DNA from: Bacteroidales bacterium
GTDB lineage: Bacteria > Bacteroidota > Bacteroidia > Bacteroidales > JAADJA01
Reading direction: 5' to 3'
Length of the DNA stretch: 64,000 nt
NCBI GenBank assembly: GCA_020438105.1
Contig: JAGQVE010000003.1
Span: 43,123-107,122 of the forward strand
Every line of letters starts with the position of its first letter. Positions within the stretch are counted from its first letter, which is position 1. Below are positions 29,973-39,172 of the stretch, piece after piece. The position numbers and the translations under genes are program-made. A model generated the notes under the pieces. That model made no database searches. It was not told where the DNA came from and saw only the letters and a list, made by a program, of their open reading frames with translations.

Positions 29973-30887
29973 TTAAGCCCTTGGATGGGCCTGTTTATAA
30001 ACCTTTTTAAGATTCTCTATCGTATTGTGTGTGTAAACTTGTGTGGCAGCCAGATTGGCATGCCCAAGGATTTCTTTGATTGCGTTGAGGTCAGCCCCGT
30101 TATTGAGCATATGTGTGGCAAATGTATGTCGTAACACGTGAGGACTCTTTTTCTTTAGGGTTGAAACTTTACTAAGGTACGAATTTACGATGCGATATAC
30201 AAGTTTTGGGTAAAATTTTTTCCCTTTCGCAGTTAATAACAAGTATTTGTTATCATATTCCTCTTCAATTGCCGAACTCCTCTTTTTCATATACTCTCCA
30301 AGGTGGATTGCTAATGAATTATTGAACGGTATAATACGTTCTTTATTTCTTTTTCCAAGGACTTTTAGTTCGCATTTTGTGAGGTCAATATCAACTGTTT
30401 TTAAGTTGGTCAGTTCTGAAAGGCGCATCCCTGTATTGTATAATAATTCTATTACCAGTCTGTTTCTTATTCCTGTAAAATCATCACTAAAGATTTCTTC
30501 ATTAAGAAAAAGATCCATCTTTTCTTCATTAACAAACTCCGGCAATCTTTTGTTTGTTTTAGGAGGAACAATCTGTTCTAATGGTGATAATGTTACATGC
30601 CCATTTTTACGCAGGAACCGGTAGAATGTTTTTAGTGTTGATAATTTACGATTGATGGATCTGGGAGAAATTTTTAATTCCATAAGATCAGTGATCCATG
30701 TGCGAATTATACTTGGAGAAACTTTAGCTGGGTTGCTGATTTCATAATTGTTCTCTAGAAATTCATAAAACTGTTTCACATCGGTTTGATAGGCTATAAC
30801 AGTATGAACAGAATATCGTTTTTCGGATGATAAGTATTCGTAGAAGGCGTTTTCGTACATAAAAAAAGGAAAAAATAATTGATTCAA
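29973..30887 (-). CDS. Tyrosine site-specific recombinase (XerC/XerD-like)
   Basis: Catalytic region HVLRHTFATHML...LGHANLAATQVYTH. The conserved rpsU-recombinase-hpf context argues for a chromosomal Xer-type enzyme. An alternative start lies at 30860. Confidence 0.85.
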   Translation of the reverse strand: MNQLFFPFFMYENAFYEYLSSEKRYSVHTVIAYQTDVKQFYEFLENNYEISNPAKVSPSIIRTWITDLMELKISPRSINRKLSTLKTFYRFLRKNGHVTLSPLEQIVPPKTNKRLPEFVNEEKMDLFLNEEIFSDDFTGIRNRLVIELLYNTGMRLSELTNLKTVDIDLTKCELKVLGKRNKERIIPFNNSLAIHLGEYMKKRSSAIEEEYDNKYLLLTAKGKKFYPKLVYRIVNSYLSKVSTLKKKSPHVLRHTFATHMLNNGADLNAIKEILGHANLAATQVYTHNTIENLKKVYKQAHPRA

Positions 30888-30953
30888 AAGTAGGCAAAAA
30901 CCTAAATCAAATCAAGTATTTCTTCCCTCTGCTATTTGGAAGATTAAATAAAA

Positions 30954-31148
30954 TTAACCTTCTTCCTGTTGCCTGAGTTGTTGAACGTAAATAGCTTTTA
31001 GCTTTTCCTGACGTTTAGTAATAGATGGTTTCGTATATTTCTGACGTTCCCTTAATTCTTTAACCACGCCGGTTTTCTCAAACTTACGTTTGTATTTCTT
31101 TAAAGCTCTGTCGATGCTTTCACCTTCTTTTACAGGTACAATAATCAT
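30954..31148 (-). CDS. rpsU: 30S ribosomal protein S21
   Basis: 64 aa: MIIVPVKEGESIDRALKKYKRKFEKTGV. Confidence 0.95.
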   Translation of the reverse strand: MIIVPVKEGESIDRALKKYKRKFEKTGVVKELRERQKYTKPSITKRQEKLKAIYVQQLRQQEEG

Positions 31149-31192
31149 TTTAAACTCCTTTTTTAGTCTTTTAATCCGTTGAAAACGGGGTG

Positions 31193-31200
31193 CAAAGATA
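31193..31200 (-). promoter_or_regulatory. Candidate Bacteroidota -7 promoter box (TATCTTTG) for rpsU
   Basis: Matches the TAnnTTTG consensus on the minus strand, 45-52 nt upstream of the rpsU ATG. A small hairpin, ccgtt-ttc-aacgg, lies in the leader. Confidence 0.4.
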
Positions 31201-31226
31201 AAAAATAATTCAAACTAACAAGAAAT

Positions 31227-33443
31227 TTAATTCTTTTCATTTTTTACCAGGTGTTCCAGTATAAAATCAGTCATCCTATTATATAAATGGTATCGTGTAT
31301 TGGACCCCGTATAAATTCCATGATTGCTGTTTGGATAAAATTGTATTTCGAACTGTTTATTTGCGTTTACCAGGGCCGTTACAAAATCCATTGAATTTTG
31401 AATATGTACATTATCATCTGCTGTTCCATGAATAAGTAAAAGGTTGCCTTGAAGTTTGTCTGCATGGTTGATTGGTGAGTTATTGTCATATCCATCAGGG
31501 TTTTCCTGTGGTGTTCGCATGAAGCGTTCGGTATAAATATTATCGTAATAACGCCAGTTAGTTACCGGGGCAACAGAGATCCCCATTGAAAAGTAATCGG
31601 CACCAAGAGTTAAACATGATGCAGCCATAAAGCCACCATAGCTCCAGCCCCAAATCCCAATTCTTTGATCATCTACATAGCTGAGACCACCAAGATATTT
31701 TGCACCTTCTATTTGATCAATTGTTTCATATTTACCTAATTCGAGATAAGTCATTTTTTTAAATTCTTCGCCTCGTGCTCCTGTTCCACGGTTGTCAATC
31801 GATACTATTATTATATTGTGCTGCGCTAAATATTGGTCCCATGTATTTCCGCCTCCCCAACTATTTCTAACGGTTTGCGACCCCGGGCCTCCATAAACAT
31901 ACATTAGTACCGGGTATTTTTTTAATGAGTCAAAATCAGGTGGTTTTATCATCCAGCCATTTAATATCACACTGTCTGAAGTTGTGAAACTGAAAAAATT
32001 CCGTTTACTAAAGTTGTATTCTTTTATTTCATTGTTTAGTTTCTCATTGGCTTCAAGTGTTCTTAAAAGGTTGCCCTTGGAATCATGAAGCGTAATTTGA
32101 GGTGGTGTGTTTGCATCTGAAAATGTATTGATGTAGTAATTATACTTTTTACTGAAGTTAGCACTATTATTACCCAACTGTTTAGATAATTTCTTTTTGT
32201 TAGAGCCATCTACTGATGAAACATAAAGTTCTCGGTTTAGGGGAGAAGATTCTGAGGAGGTATAGTACACCAGGCTGTTTTTTTCATCAATTCCTATAAA
32301 TTGATCAACGTCCCATTCTCCTGATGTAATTTGCTTTTCAAGATTTCCCAGCAGATCAAAAAGGTACAAATGGTTATATCCATCCTGTTCACTTGAAATG
32401 ATAAATTGATCGCTGTTTTCCAGGAAAGTAAGGTCATCTGTAATATCAATATAACACTTATTTTGCTCAGTATAAATTACCTCAGAAGAACCGGAATTGG
32501 CATCAGCTAATAAAATTTCGAGTGAGTTTTGAAGCCTGTTCAGGCGTTGTATTGCAAGGATATTTGGTTTTGCAGTCCATTTGATTCTTGGGATATATTT
32601 ATCCTGCTCATCACCAATGTTAATATTAATTACAGATCCGGATTCTATATCATACATCTTTATTTCAACTAAAGAATTTGCCTCCCCTGCTTTGGGATAT
32701 TTGTATTGTTCAGTAATTGGGTAGAGGTCGCCCCATATCATCATTGAAAATTCTTTGACTTCTGTTTCATCAAACCTGTAATAAGCAATTTTTTTACTAT
32801 CCGGCGACCAGAAGAAAGCTTTTGAAAGGCTGAATTCTTCCTCATAAACCCAATCTGTTGCCCCGTTAATAATTTTATTTTGCTCGCCATCAATGGTTAT
32901 TTGCAATTCCCTATCTTTAACCAGATCTTTAATAAATAGGTTGTTATCTCTAACAAAAGCAACCAAAAGACCATTAGGTGAAAAAGTGGCATGTTGTTGT
33001 TTTCCGTTTTCAGAAAGTAGAGATGTTTCATGCGTGTTCAGATCACATAAATAATAATTTGATTTGGAAGATCGCCGGTAAATTTGTTCAGTTTGCGTGG
33101 GTATTAACAGCTTTGTTTCATCATTACTTAAAGTAAATCGGCCAAGCCGTATGGCATTGGTATCATTGGTTGGAATAAGTTGATCAGGTTGTAGAAAAAC
33201 ACCTTGCTTTTTCCCTGTTTTATAGTCGTAAATATTTAGCCCATTATTATCTTTTACGAGATAGTGTTCACCATCATTCATGGGAGTATATCCTGGAATT
33301 GATGATGACTTGAAGGTGCTATTTTTAAAAATATCGTCAAGAGATAGTTTTTTTTGTGCATCCAGCTTTTGAAATGAGATTAATAATAACCCAATAACCG
33401 AGATAAATTGAAATTTAAAATTATTCATATGCTTTGTCTTCAT
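31227..33443 (-). CDS. Dipeptidyl-peptidase IV (S9B family), secreted
   Basis: 738 aa with a signal peptide, a DPPIV N-terminal propeller region, nucleophile GWSYGG, and a C-terminal D...H. Confidence 0.88.
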   Translation of the reverse strand: MKTKHMNNFKFQFISVIGLLLISFQKLDAQKKLSLDDIFKNSTFKSSSIPGYTPMNDGEHYLVKDNNGLNIYDYKTGKKQGVFLQPDQLIPTNDTNAIRLGRFTLSNDETKLLIPTQTEQIYRRSSKSNYYLCDLNTHETSLLSENGKQQHATFSPNGLLVAFVRDNNLFIKDLVKDRELQITIDGEQNKIINGATDWVYEEEFSLSKAFFWSPDSKKIAYYRFDETEVKEFSMMIWGDLYPITEQYKYPKAGEANSLVEIKMYDIESGSVININIGDEQDKYIPRIKWTAKPNILAIQRLNRLQNSLEILLADANSGSSEVIYTEQNKCYIDITDDLTFLENSDQFIISSEQDGYNHLYLFDLLGNLEKQITSGEWDVDQFIGIDEKNSLVYYTSSESSPLNRELYVSSVDGSNKKKLSKQLGNNSANFSKKYNYYINTFSDANTPPQITLHDSKGNLLRTLEANEKLNNEIKEYNFSKRNFFSFTTSDSVILNGWMIKPPDFDSLKKYPVLMYVYGGPGSQTVRNSWGGGNTWDQYLAQHNIIIVSIDNRGTGARGEEFKKMTYLELGKYETIDQIEGAKYLGGLSYVDDQRIGIWGWSYGGFMAASCLTLGADYFSMGISVAPVTNWRYYDNIYTERFMRTPQENPDGYDNNSPINHADKLQGNLLLIHGTADDNVHIQNSMDFVTALVNANKQFEIQFYPNSNHGIYTGSNTRYHLYNRMTDFILEHLVKNEKN

Positions 33444-33493
33444 TTATTGTTCAAAAATATAAAACAATGATCATTAAAATTGATCGAATTTTA

Positions 33494-33501
33494 TAATTTT
33501 G
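33494..33501 (+). promoter_or_regulatory. Candidate -7 promoter box (TAATTTTG) for tRNA-Val
   Basis: Matches TAnnTTTG and ends 12 nt before the mature tRNA 5' end. Confidence 0.4.
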
Positions 33502-33512
33502 CAACCTGTAAT

Positions 33513-33587
33513 GGGACGTTAGCTCAGTTGGTTTAGAGCGCTTGCTTGACAGGCAAGAGGTCACTGGTTCAAATCCAGTACGTCCCA
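33513..33587 (+). tRNA. tRNA-Val (anticodon GAC)
   Basis: Acceptor stem GGGACGT/ACGTCCC, anticodon stem CTTGC/GCAAG, anticodon loop TTGACAG. Confidence 0.92.
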
Positions 33588-33605
33588 CTTTAACAATAAA
33601 GGGAT

Positions 33606-34412
33606 TTATTGTGCTAAATTTTTTTGTTTGGCAATTATTTTTGGAATAGAAAATGTAAATTCAGTTCCCTTGCCGGGAACAGATGCCACATTTAATTTGC
33701 CTCCCAATAAATGAATTAATCTTTCAGCGATGCTAAGACCAATTCCTAATCCCATCTCATAAGTTTCGTCTGTATTTTTTATTTTATAAAACTTTTCAAA
33801 GATCAACTTGAGGTGTTTATCTTCAATTCCAATACCCGTATCTCTCACAAAAAACTGTACGTCATTATCATTCAAAATGAAGCCAAAGCTAATGGTTCCT
33901 TGCCTTGTAAACCGGATAGCATTTTCAACCAAACTCTTTATTGATTCCTTGAGTCTGTCCTTATCGGTTATCAGAATCACATTGCTAGTACTTAAAATAT
34001 CATTGATTGTCCTGAGTTCGATTTTCTTGTATCCCAATTCGTCCAGATAATCCTTAAAGTATGCATGTAAATCTTCAATCAGTGCAGATAAATTACATTC
34101 AGATAGAATTATTTCAAGGTCGTTGTTTTGGATTTTGGCAATGAGCAGGATTTGATCAATCAGGCGTAATAATTCGCGGCTATTTTTATTTATTTCGGCA
34201 ATGAATAATTTTTTTTGTTCATCATCAAAGTTGGGATCGGTCAAGAGGTTCGAAAAACCAACAATCACATTCATTGGTGTTCTGATTTCATGAGATACGT
34301 TGGCAAGAAAAGACCTCTTTAGTTGTGAAACTTCATTTTCCTTATCATGGAGTTCCTGGGTCAATTTTTCAACCAGATTTTTTAATTCAGTATTGCTTGG
34401 CTCAGTATTCAT
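33606..34412 (-). CDS. Soluble histidine kinase (HisKA + HATPase_c only, no sensor or TM domain)
   Basis: H-box SHEIRTPMN and G-boxes DTGIGI / GLGIGLSIAERL...GKGTEF. Only about 40 aa of coiled coil precede the H-box. ATG at 34412; the track uses a GTG at 34421. Confidence 0.85.
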   Translation of the reverse strand: MNTEPSNTELKNLVEKLTQELHDKENEVSQLKRSFLANVSHEIRTPMNVIVGFSNLLTDPNFDDEQKKLFIAEINKNSRELLRLIDQILLIAKIQNNDLEIILSECNLSALIEDLHAYFKDYLDELGYKKIELRTINDILSTSNVILITDKDRLKESIKSLVENAIRFTRQGTISFGFILNDNDVQFFVRDTGIGIEDKHLKLIFEKFYKIKNTDETYEMGLGIGLSIAERLIHLLGGKLNVASVPGKGTEFTFSIPKIIAKQKNLAQ

Positions 34413-34623
34413 TGCCTTCACCGTTGTTAATTCATGTTATTCAAATGGTTTGGTTTTGTAAGTTAATACTTTATAAGGACAAAAGGTTACCCTGCAATTT
34501 AGGGGCTACTGATATATTTCTGATCCTGATCAACTGACTATTTAGAATTGTTATAAATTTCATGTTTTATTGAAAGAATGCTGAATTAATTTGGAAATTG
34601 ATTCCCAATTTGAATTTTTTTTT

Positions 34624-34631
34624 TATTTTTG
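34624..34631 (+). promoter_or_regulatory. Candidate -7 promoter box (TATTTTTG) for the small peptide gene
   Basis: Matches TAnnTTTG, 39 nt upstream of the ATG at 34670. The -33 element is unclear. Confidence 0.3.
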
Positions 34632-34669
34632 GCAAGTAATTTTACTTTTTGTAAATTAAATAGAGAGTT

Positions 34670-34855
34670 ATGAAGAAGAGAAGTCTTATTACCATTTTGG
34701 TGATTACCTTCGGTTTATTTGTTTCTTCAGCTGTTATTTCTCAGTCATCCTCTTCTTCTGAGCAAGCAAGTGCTGCTTGCACAGGCAACGGCGGTGGCGG
34801 TGGTTTAGTAGGTAATAGCTGCGGTGATGTAAACGGAGTATACGTCCCAGATTAA
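34670..34855 (+). CDS. Secreted 61-aa Ser/Gly/Cys-rich mini-protein (hypothetical)
   Basis: The Sec-type signal is MKKRSLITILVITFGLFVSSAVISQ. The mature part is about 36 aa with two Cys (ACTGNGGGGGLVGNSCGDVNGVYVPD). It has its own strong terminator. Confidence 0.55.
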   Translation: MKKRSLITILVITFGLFVSSAVISQSSSSSEQASAACTGNGGGGGLVGNSCGDVNGVYVPD

Positions 34856-34930
34856 TTCTGCTTTGTCTCTGTTTGTTTGCCATAAGGTAAACAAGTAAAT
34901 TGATGTAATCAATTAATGGACTTTAGGTTT

Positions 34931-34971
34931 AAGGAAAGATTCTGATTTTATCGGAAACTTTCCTTTTTTTT
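34931..34971 (+). terminator. Rho-independent terminator after the peptide gene
   Basis: The stem aaggaaag(attc)/(gaaa)ctttcctt has one mismatch and is followed by a T tract of about 8. Confidence 0.7.
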
Positions 34972-35026
34972 ATACCTATTTAATAAAACATTTTTAACAT
35001 TTCGGTGTATAAATCCTCGGATTTAT

Positions 35027-38000
35027 ATGCAGTTAAAAAGTTTAAGGATCAAATCACTTTCTATCAGCGTAATAGTTTTAATAATTACCCTGATAAATGT
35101 ACTATCTATTTCAGCACAAACTGGGAAGAAAGATGGTGGTAATCCTGCTTTTATAAGACATTTAATTAGCTTATCCCTTGCAGATTCGGCAATAAATCTT
35201 TTACAAAACGATTATAAACCGGAGCTCCCCGATAAAAATATTCTACTGGCAATTGCTTACCAATCCTTAGGACAAACTGATTCTGTATCATTTTATGTTC
35301 GTAGAAGCTTTGCGCAATTCAAAATGGAACCCAACCCTGATAAAAAGAAATTGGCAGAAATTTACTACATCCTTGGGTGGGCTAAATACAAATTATCAGA
35401 TATTGATAGTGCAGGGTATTTCAATTTGAAAGCTTTGGATTTGTGCAACTCATTAGATTTGGATAGTCTTAAAGTTTTTATTTTGAAAAATCTTGGGAAC
35501 AACAGTTTGGCAGGGGGTGATATTGAGGGTGCTGAAGCATATTATAACGAGGCTTTAAAAATAGAACGAGCTAAAAATACTCCATCAGTTGCTCTTTTGG
35601 CTGGTCTTATTCAAAATATGGGAATCATCTTTGCATCAACCGGCCAGTTGGATAGTGCAAAATTGTATTTTGCAAGATCACTTGAATTGAAAGAAACCAT
35701 ATCTCAATCCGACATTGGTTCACTTGCGAACGGATATGCCAACTTTAGTAATTTTCTGCGAAGTTTGGGAGAACCTATTGAAGCTCTAAAATATATCAAT
35801 AAGGCGGAGAAATTGTTGATTGAAAATAATAGTGAAGACTATCGTAAGTTGGCTCCTGTTTATCTTATTAAAGGGGGTGTTTTGATTATACTTAACAATT
35901 TTGAAGAAGCACTTACCTATCATGAGTTAGCATATACTGCATATCGGCAATTTTTGAAACCGGATGATAAAACCTTTGTTTCGCTAAATTATAACATTGG
36001 TAATATACATGAGTCACTGGGTAACTACTCGATGGCAATAAAATATCATCTGGATGTAATCGATAAGGACCTTGATCCTTTACAATTGGTTAAAACACTC
36101 AGGTCTTTAGGGTCATGTTATGCTAATATTGATCAGGACAGTTTGGCTGAAGTCTATTTCATTCGGTCGGTTGGAAGTGCAGAAAGTAACCTGGGAAAGC
36201 ACAATGATCAGACTGCCTTGAGCTATCTTAAAATTGGTTACTTCTACACTAATCTTGGTTATTATGATAAAGCGATTGATTATTACCATCGATCTCTTGC
36301 CGTTTATGAGAGTATTTATGGTGAAAAAAATCGTGATGTGTCCAACGTACTTTCTCTTATTGGATTTTATTATTTTAACACCAAAGATTATATTAGGTCA
36401 TTACAATTTTATCAAAAGTCATTAAACTCATTTTTCGAATTTTATAATGATACAAATTATTGCCATAATCCAACCATGGATTTGGATGATTTGGATTTTA
36501 ATGTTTTTATTATCCTTTATGGAAAAGCTTTTTCATTTTATGGCCTTTATGAAAGAAATACCAGGGATATAAGGGACCTGGAATATTGTGTCCAGACTAT
36601 TAATAAGGCCATTGAATATTATGAAAATTTTAAAAATACGCTTGATGCTGAAAACACCAAGCTTATTTTGGCAACAAGAGTTAACAATATTTATAATCTT
36701 GCTGTAAAAACAGCTTCTGAACTTTATTACAGAACGGGAGAGGCTAAATACATTGACCTTGCTTTCAGATATTCAGAAAAAAGTAAATCACAAGTTCTTC
36801 TATCTTCCATCCGCGAATCGGATGCAATTAAAGAAGGACTGATTCCTCATGATTTAAAGCAAAATGAAGAGCAAATTAAGAGCAATATTGTAACCCTTGA
36901 TAATTTAATTTATGAAGAAAAGCAAAAATCAAGTCAGGATTCAGTAAAAATTGCGGAATTACAAAAGGATTTGTACAGGCAAAAAATTATTTATGATAGT
37001 TTGATCCATTCTCTTGAAATAAATTATCCGGTTTATTTTAACCTTAAATTTAATCATGATGTAATTGACTTAAAAGATGTAATAAAAAATTTGGGCCCAA
37101 ATCAACTAATTGTAGAATATAAATTGGCTGATAGCTTGCTTTACACTTTTATATTGGGCGCGGATACAATCGCATTACACAGGAATACTATTGATACATC
37201 CTTTATTGGAAAAGTTGAAGAGTTCATCAATATGATGAAAATCCTACCGGTTTCTTCGGGAGCAGAAAAGAGCAGTTATGAATATGCTCAATATGGAAAT
37301 GAAATCTATAATGTACTTTTTCCGGGAGATTACTATGAATCTAAAGAGCTAATAATCATTCCGGATGATATTTTAGGTTACCTGAGTTTTGATGCATTGG
37401 TGACTAAATTGCCTGACAAAGCCACTTCCAGTTTTAGAACGCTGGATTATTTAATTTATAAACATCCTTTATTCTACGGTTATTCTGCAACATTACTATT
37501 TAATAAATCGAAGAAGGGGAGGCCTTCAAGGATGCTTCTGGCTATGGCGCCTACTTATAAAAGCTCCAGAGAGGTGAATCTTGCACATTCCAATGTTAGG
37601 GATATTGATCAAAATTTACGCCCTTTATTTCATACTGATAAGGAGGTATCTCAAATAAATGAAACTTTTAGTGGTAAGTTGCTGATAGGAGATGAAGCAA
37701 CTGAACAAAACTTCAAAGATATTGCCTCAAAGTATAAGATTCTTCATTTTGCGATGCATACACTTGTAAACGATGAAAATCCATTTGCTTCTCAATTGGT
37801 TTTTTCTGTGGGTCACGATACCATTGATGATGGATTATTGAATGTTTATGAAATTTATAATCTGGATTTAAATGCTGAGTTGGCTGTACTCAGTGCATGC
37901 AAAACAGGAGTTGGACGCCTAAACAGGGGAGAAGGTGTTATGAGCCTTGCCCGGGGATTCTTTTATGCTGGGGTTCCGGGTATTGTTATGACTTTATGGG

Positions 38001-38278
38001 CCATAGAGGATGGTGCCAGCATGGAGATCATTACAGGGTTTTATCAGAATCTGAATTCCGGAATGAAAAAAGATATTGCCCTCAGGGAAGCTAAATTAAA
38101 TTATTTAAACAATGCCGACCAGATGGGTTCACATCCATACTTTTGGGCTGCCTATGTCCAAATTGGCGATAATTCTGAGCTTTCAACAGAGACAAATCAA
38201 TATATGATTATTGAGGTCGTTGGTGGGGTGGTACTTTTGGTTTTAATTATTCTGTTAATTGTCAGAATTCGAAAGTGA
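35027..38278 (+). CDS. Membrane-anchored TPR-repeat / CHAT-domain (caspase-like) protease
   Basis: 1083 aa. The N-terminal signal/anchor is SLSISVIVLIITLINVLSISAQ, followed by about 600 aa of TPR-like repeats and a coiled coil. The C-terminal CHAT domain has His (ILHFAMHT) and Cys (LAVLSACKTG). The terminal TM is VVGGVVLLVLIILLIV followed by RIRK. Confidence 0.85.
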   Translation: MQLKSLRIKSLSISVIVLIITLINVLSISAQTGKKDGGNPAFIRHLISLSLADSAINLLQNDYKPELPDKNILLAIAYQSLGQTDSVSFYVRRSFAQFKMEPNPDKKKLAEIYYILGWAKYKLSDIDSAGYFNLKALDLCNSLDLDSLKVFILKNLGNNSLAGGDIEGAEAYYNEALKIERAKNTPSVALLAGLIQNMGIIFASTGQLDSAKLYFARSLELKETISQSDIGSLANGYANFSNFLRSLGEPIEALKYINKAEKLLIENNSEDYRKLAPVYLIKGGVLIILNNFEEALTYHELAYTAYRQFLKPDDKTFVSLNYNIGNIHESLGNYSMAIKYHLDVIDKDLDPLQLVKTLRSLGSCYANIDQDSLAEVYFIRSVGSAESNLGKHNDQTALSYLKIGYFYTNLGYYDKAIDYYHRSLAVYESIYGEKNRDVSNVLSLIGFYYFNTKDYIRSLQFYQKSLNSFFEFYNDTNYCHNPTMDLDDLDFNVFIILYGKAFSFYGLYERNTRDIRDLEYCVQTINKAIEYYENFKNTLDAENTKLILATRVNNIYNLAVKTASELYYRTGEAKYIDLAFRYSEKSKSQVLLSSIRESDAIKEGLIPHDLKQNEEQIKSNIVTLDNLIYEEKQKSSQDSVKIAELQKDLYRQKIIYDSLIHSLEINYPVYFNLKFNHDVIDLKDVIKNLGPNQLIVEYKLADSLLYTFILGADTIALHRNTIDTSFIGKVEEFINMMKILPVSSGAEKSSYEYAQYGNEIYNVLFPGDYYESKELIIIPDDILGYLSFDALVTKLPDKATSSFRTLDYLIYKHPLFYGYSATLLFNKSKKGRPSRMLLAMAPTYKSSREVNLAHSNVRDIDQNLRPLFHTDKEVSQINETFSGKLLIGDEATEQNFKDIASKYKILHFAMHTLVNDENPFASQLVFSVGHDTIDDGLLNVYEIYNLDLNAELAVLSACKTGVGRLNRGEGVMSLARGFFYAGVPGIVMTLWAIEDGASMEIITGFYQNLNSGMKKDIALREAKLNYLNNADQMGSHPYFWAAYVQIGDNSELSTETNQYMIIEVVGGVVLLVLIILLIVRIRK

Positions 38279-38379
38279 TTTATTGGTCTCTCCAATCGCC
38301 AAGTTTATTAATCCTGGAAGTTAATTTTAATGTCAATAGTTATTTCATTAAATCACAGCAGGGGTCGCTCTGTCATGAT

Positions 38380-38415
38380 AAAAAAAAGGCTACCTAAATA
38401 AATCAGGTAGCCTTT
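38380..38415. terminator. Bidirectional terminator between the CHAT gene and the anti-sigma gene
   Basis: An A tract, then GGCTACCT - 9-nt loop - AGGTAGCC, then ttt, located between convergent stops. Confidence 0.7.
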
Positions 38416-38437
38416 CGCATTAATTTTTATTTGTAAT

Positions 38438-39172
38438 TTAGTTAAGATACTTCAGGATCTCTTTCGCCTGAGCAGCATAATAAGAACTGCTTTCAGCAAT
38501 TTTCCCGAATTGTACTAATGCCTGTGATTTTTGATTGTTCATCAAATAGATTAATCCCAGGTACCATTCGGCTTGCTCAACAAATAAATTGTCTTTGTCA
38601 TTGATAACAAATTCAAATGATTCAAGTGCATCATCAAATTGTTCCAGTTCGATATAGCATATGCCCGAATAAAACTTGGCTGTAATTTGATTATCTAGCG
38701 AATTGAAATATTTTAAAGCATTAACATAATCATTTTGCTGATAAAAGTTAAAAGCTTCTTTAAGTGCATCGTCTGAATTCAGTTCCAATGACCTGTACTG
38801 TAGTATTGATTTTGCTGGTTTGTAATATTTAGTTACAAGCCGTTCTGTTGAATAAGGTTTATTAGATAATATGTACCATAAACCACCCACAACAACGATT
38901 AATGCAAAGGAAGCAGCAGCCAGGTGCCAGGTTTTAAGAATATCCTTTTGAAAATTAATGGATGTCGGAGAGGATTGTTGCTTAAATTGGGTCCGGAGAA
39001 GATCTTTAAATTCAGTAAAATTCTTGTCACGAATGGCATTATTAACTTCCATTCGCATTTTGAACTCCGAAAATAAAATCGGATTAGTTTCGAGTTCATT
39101 TTTAAATTTTAAAGTTTCTTCTTCACTCAGATTTCCATCTATGAATTCTTCGATTCTGAAATAATTATCCAT
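38438..39172 (-). CDS. Anti-sigma-factor-like membrane protein with a periplasmic TPR domain
   Basis: 244 aa. The N-terminus IEEFIDGNLSEEETLKFKNELETNPIL is a typical Bacteroidota anti-sigma N-domain. It has a single TM (LAAASFALIVVVGGLWYIL) and C-terminal TPR repeats. The start overlaps the sigma stop by 8 nt (ATGGATAA). Confidence 0.7.
   Translation of the reverse strand: MDNYFRIEEFIDGNLSEEETLKFKNELETNPILFSEFKMRMEVNNAIRDKNFTEFKDLLRTQFKQQSSPTSINFQKDILKTWHLAAASFALIVVVGGLWYILSNKPYSTERLVTKYYKPAKSILQYRSLELNSDDALKEAFNFYQQNDYVNALKYFNSLDNQITAKFYSGICYIELEQFDDALESFEFVINDKDNLFVEQAEWYLGLIYLMNNQKSQALVQFGKIAESSSYYAAQAKEILKYLN

Noticed and set aside
29973-30887. Tyrosine recombinase as a possible marker of an integrated mobile element next to a tRNA cluster
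   Set aside because: As I recall, the rpsU-recombinase-hpf-tRNA-tuf arrangement is conserved across Bacteroidota. I saw no flanking direct repeats, cargo genes or composition shift. It is best read as a chromosomal Xer-type recombinase.
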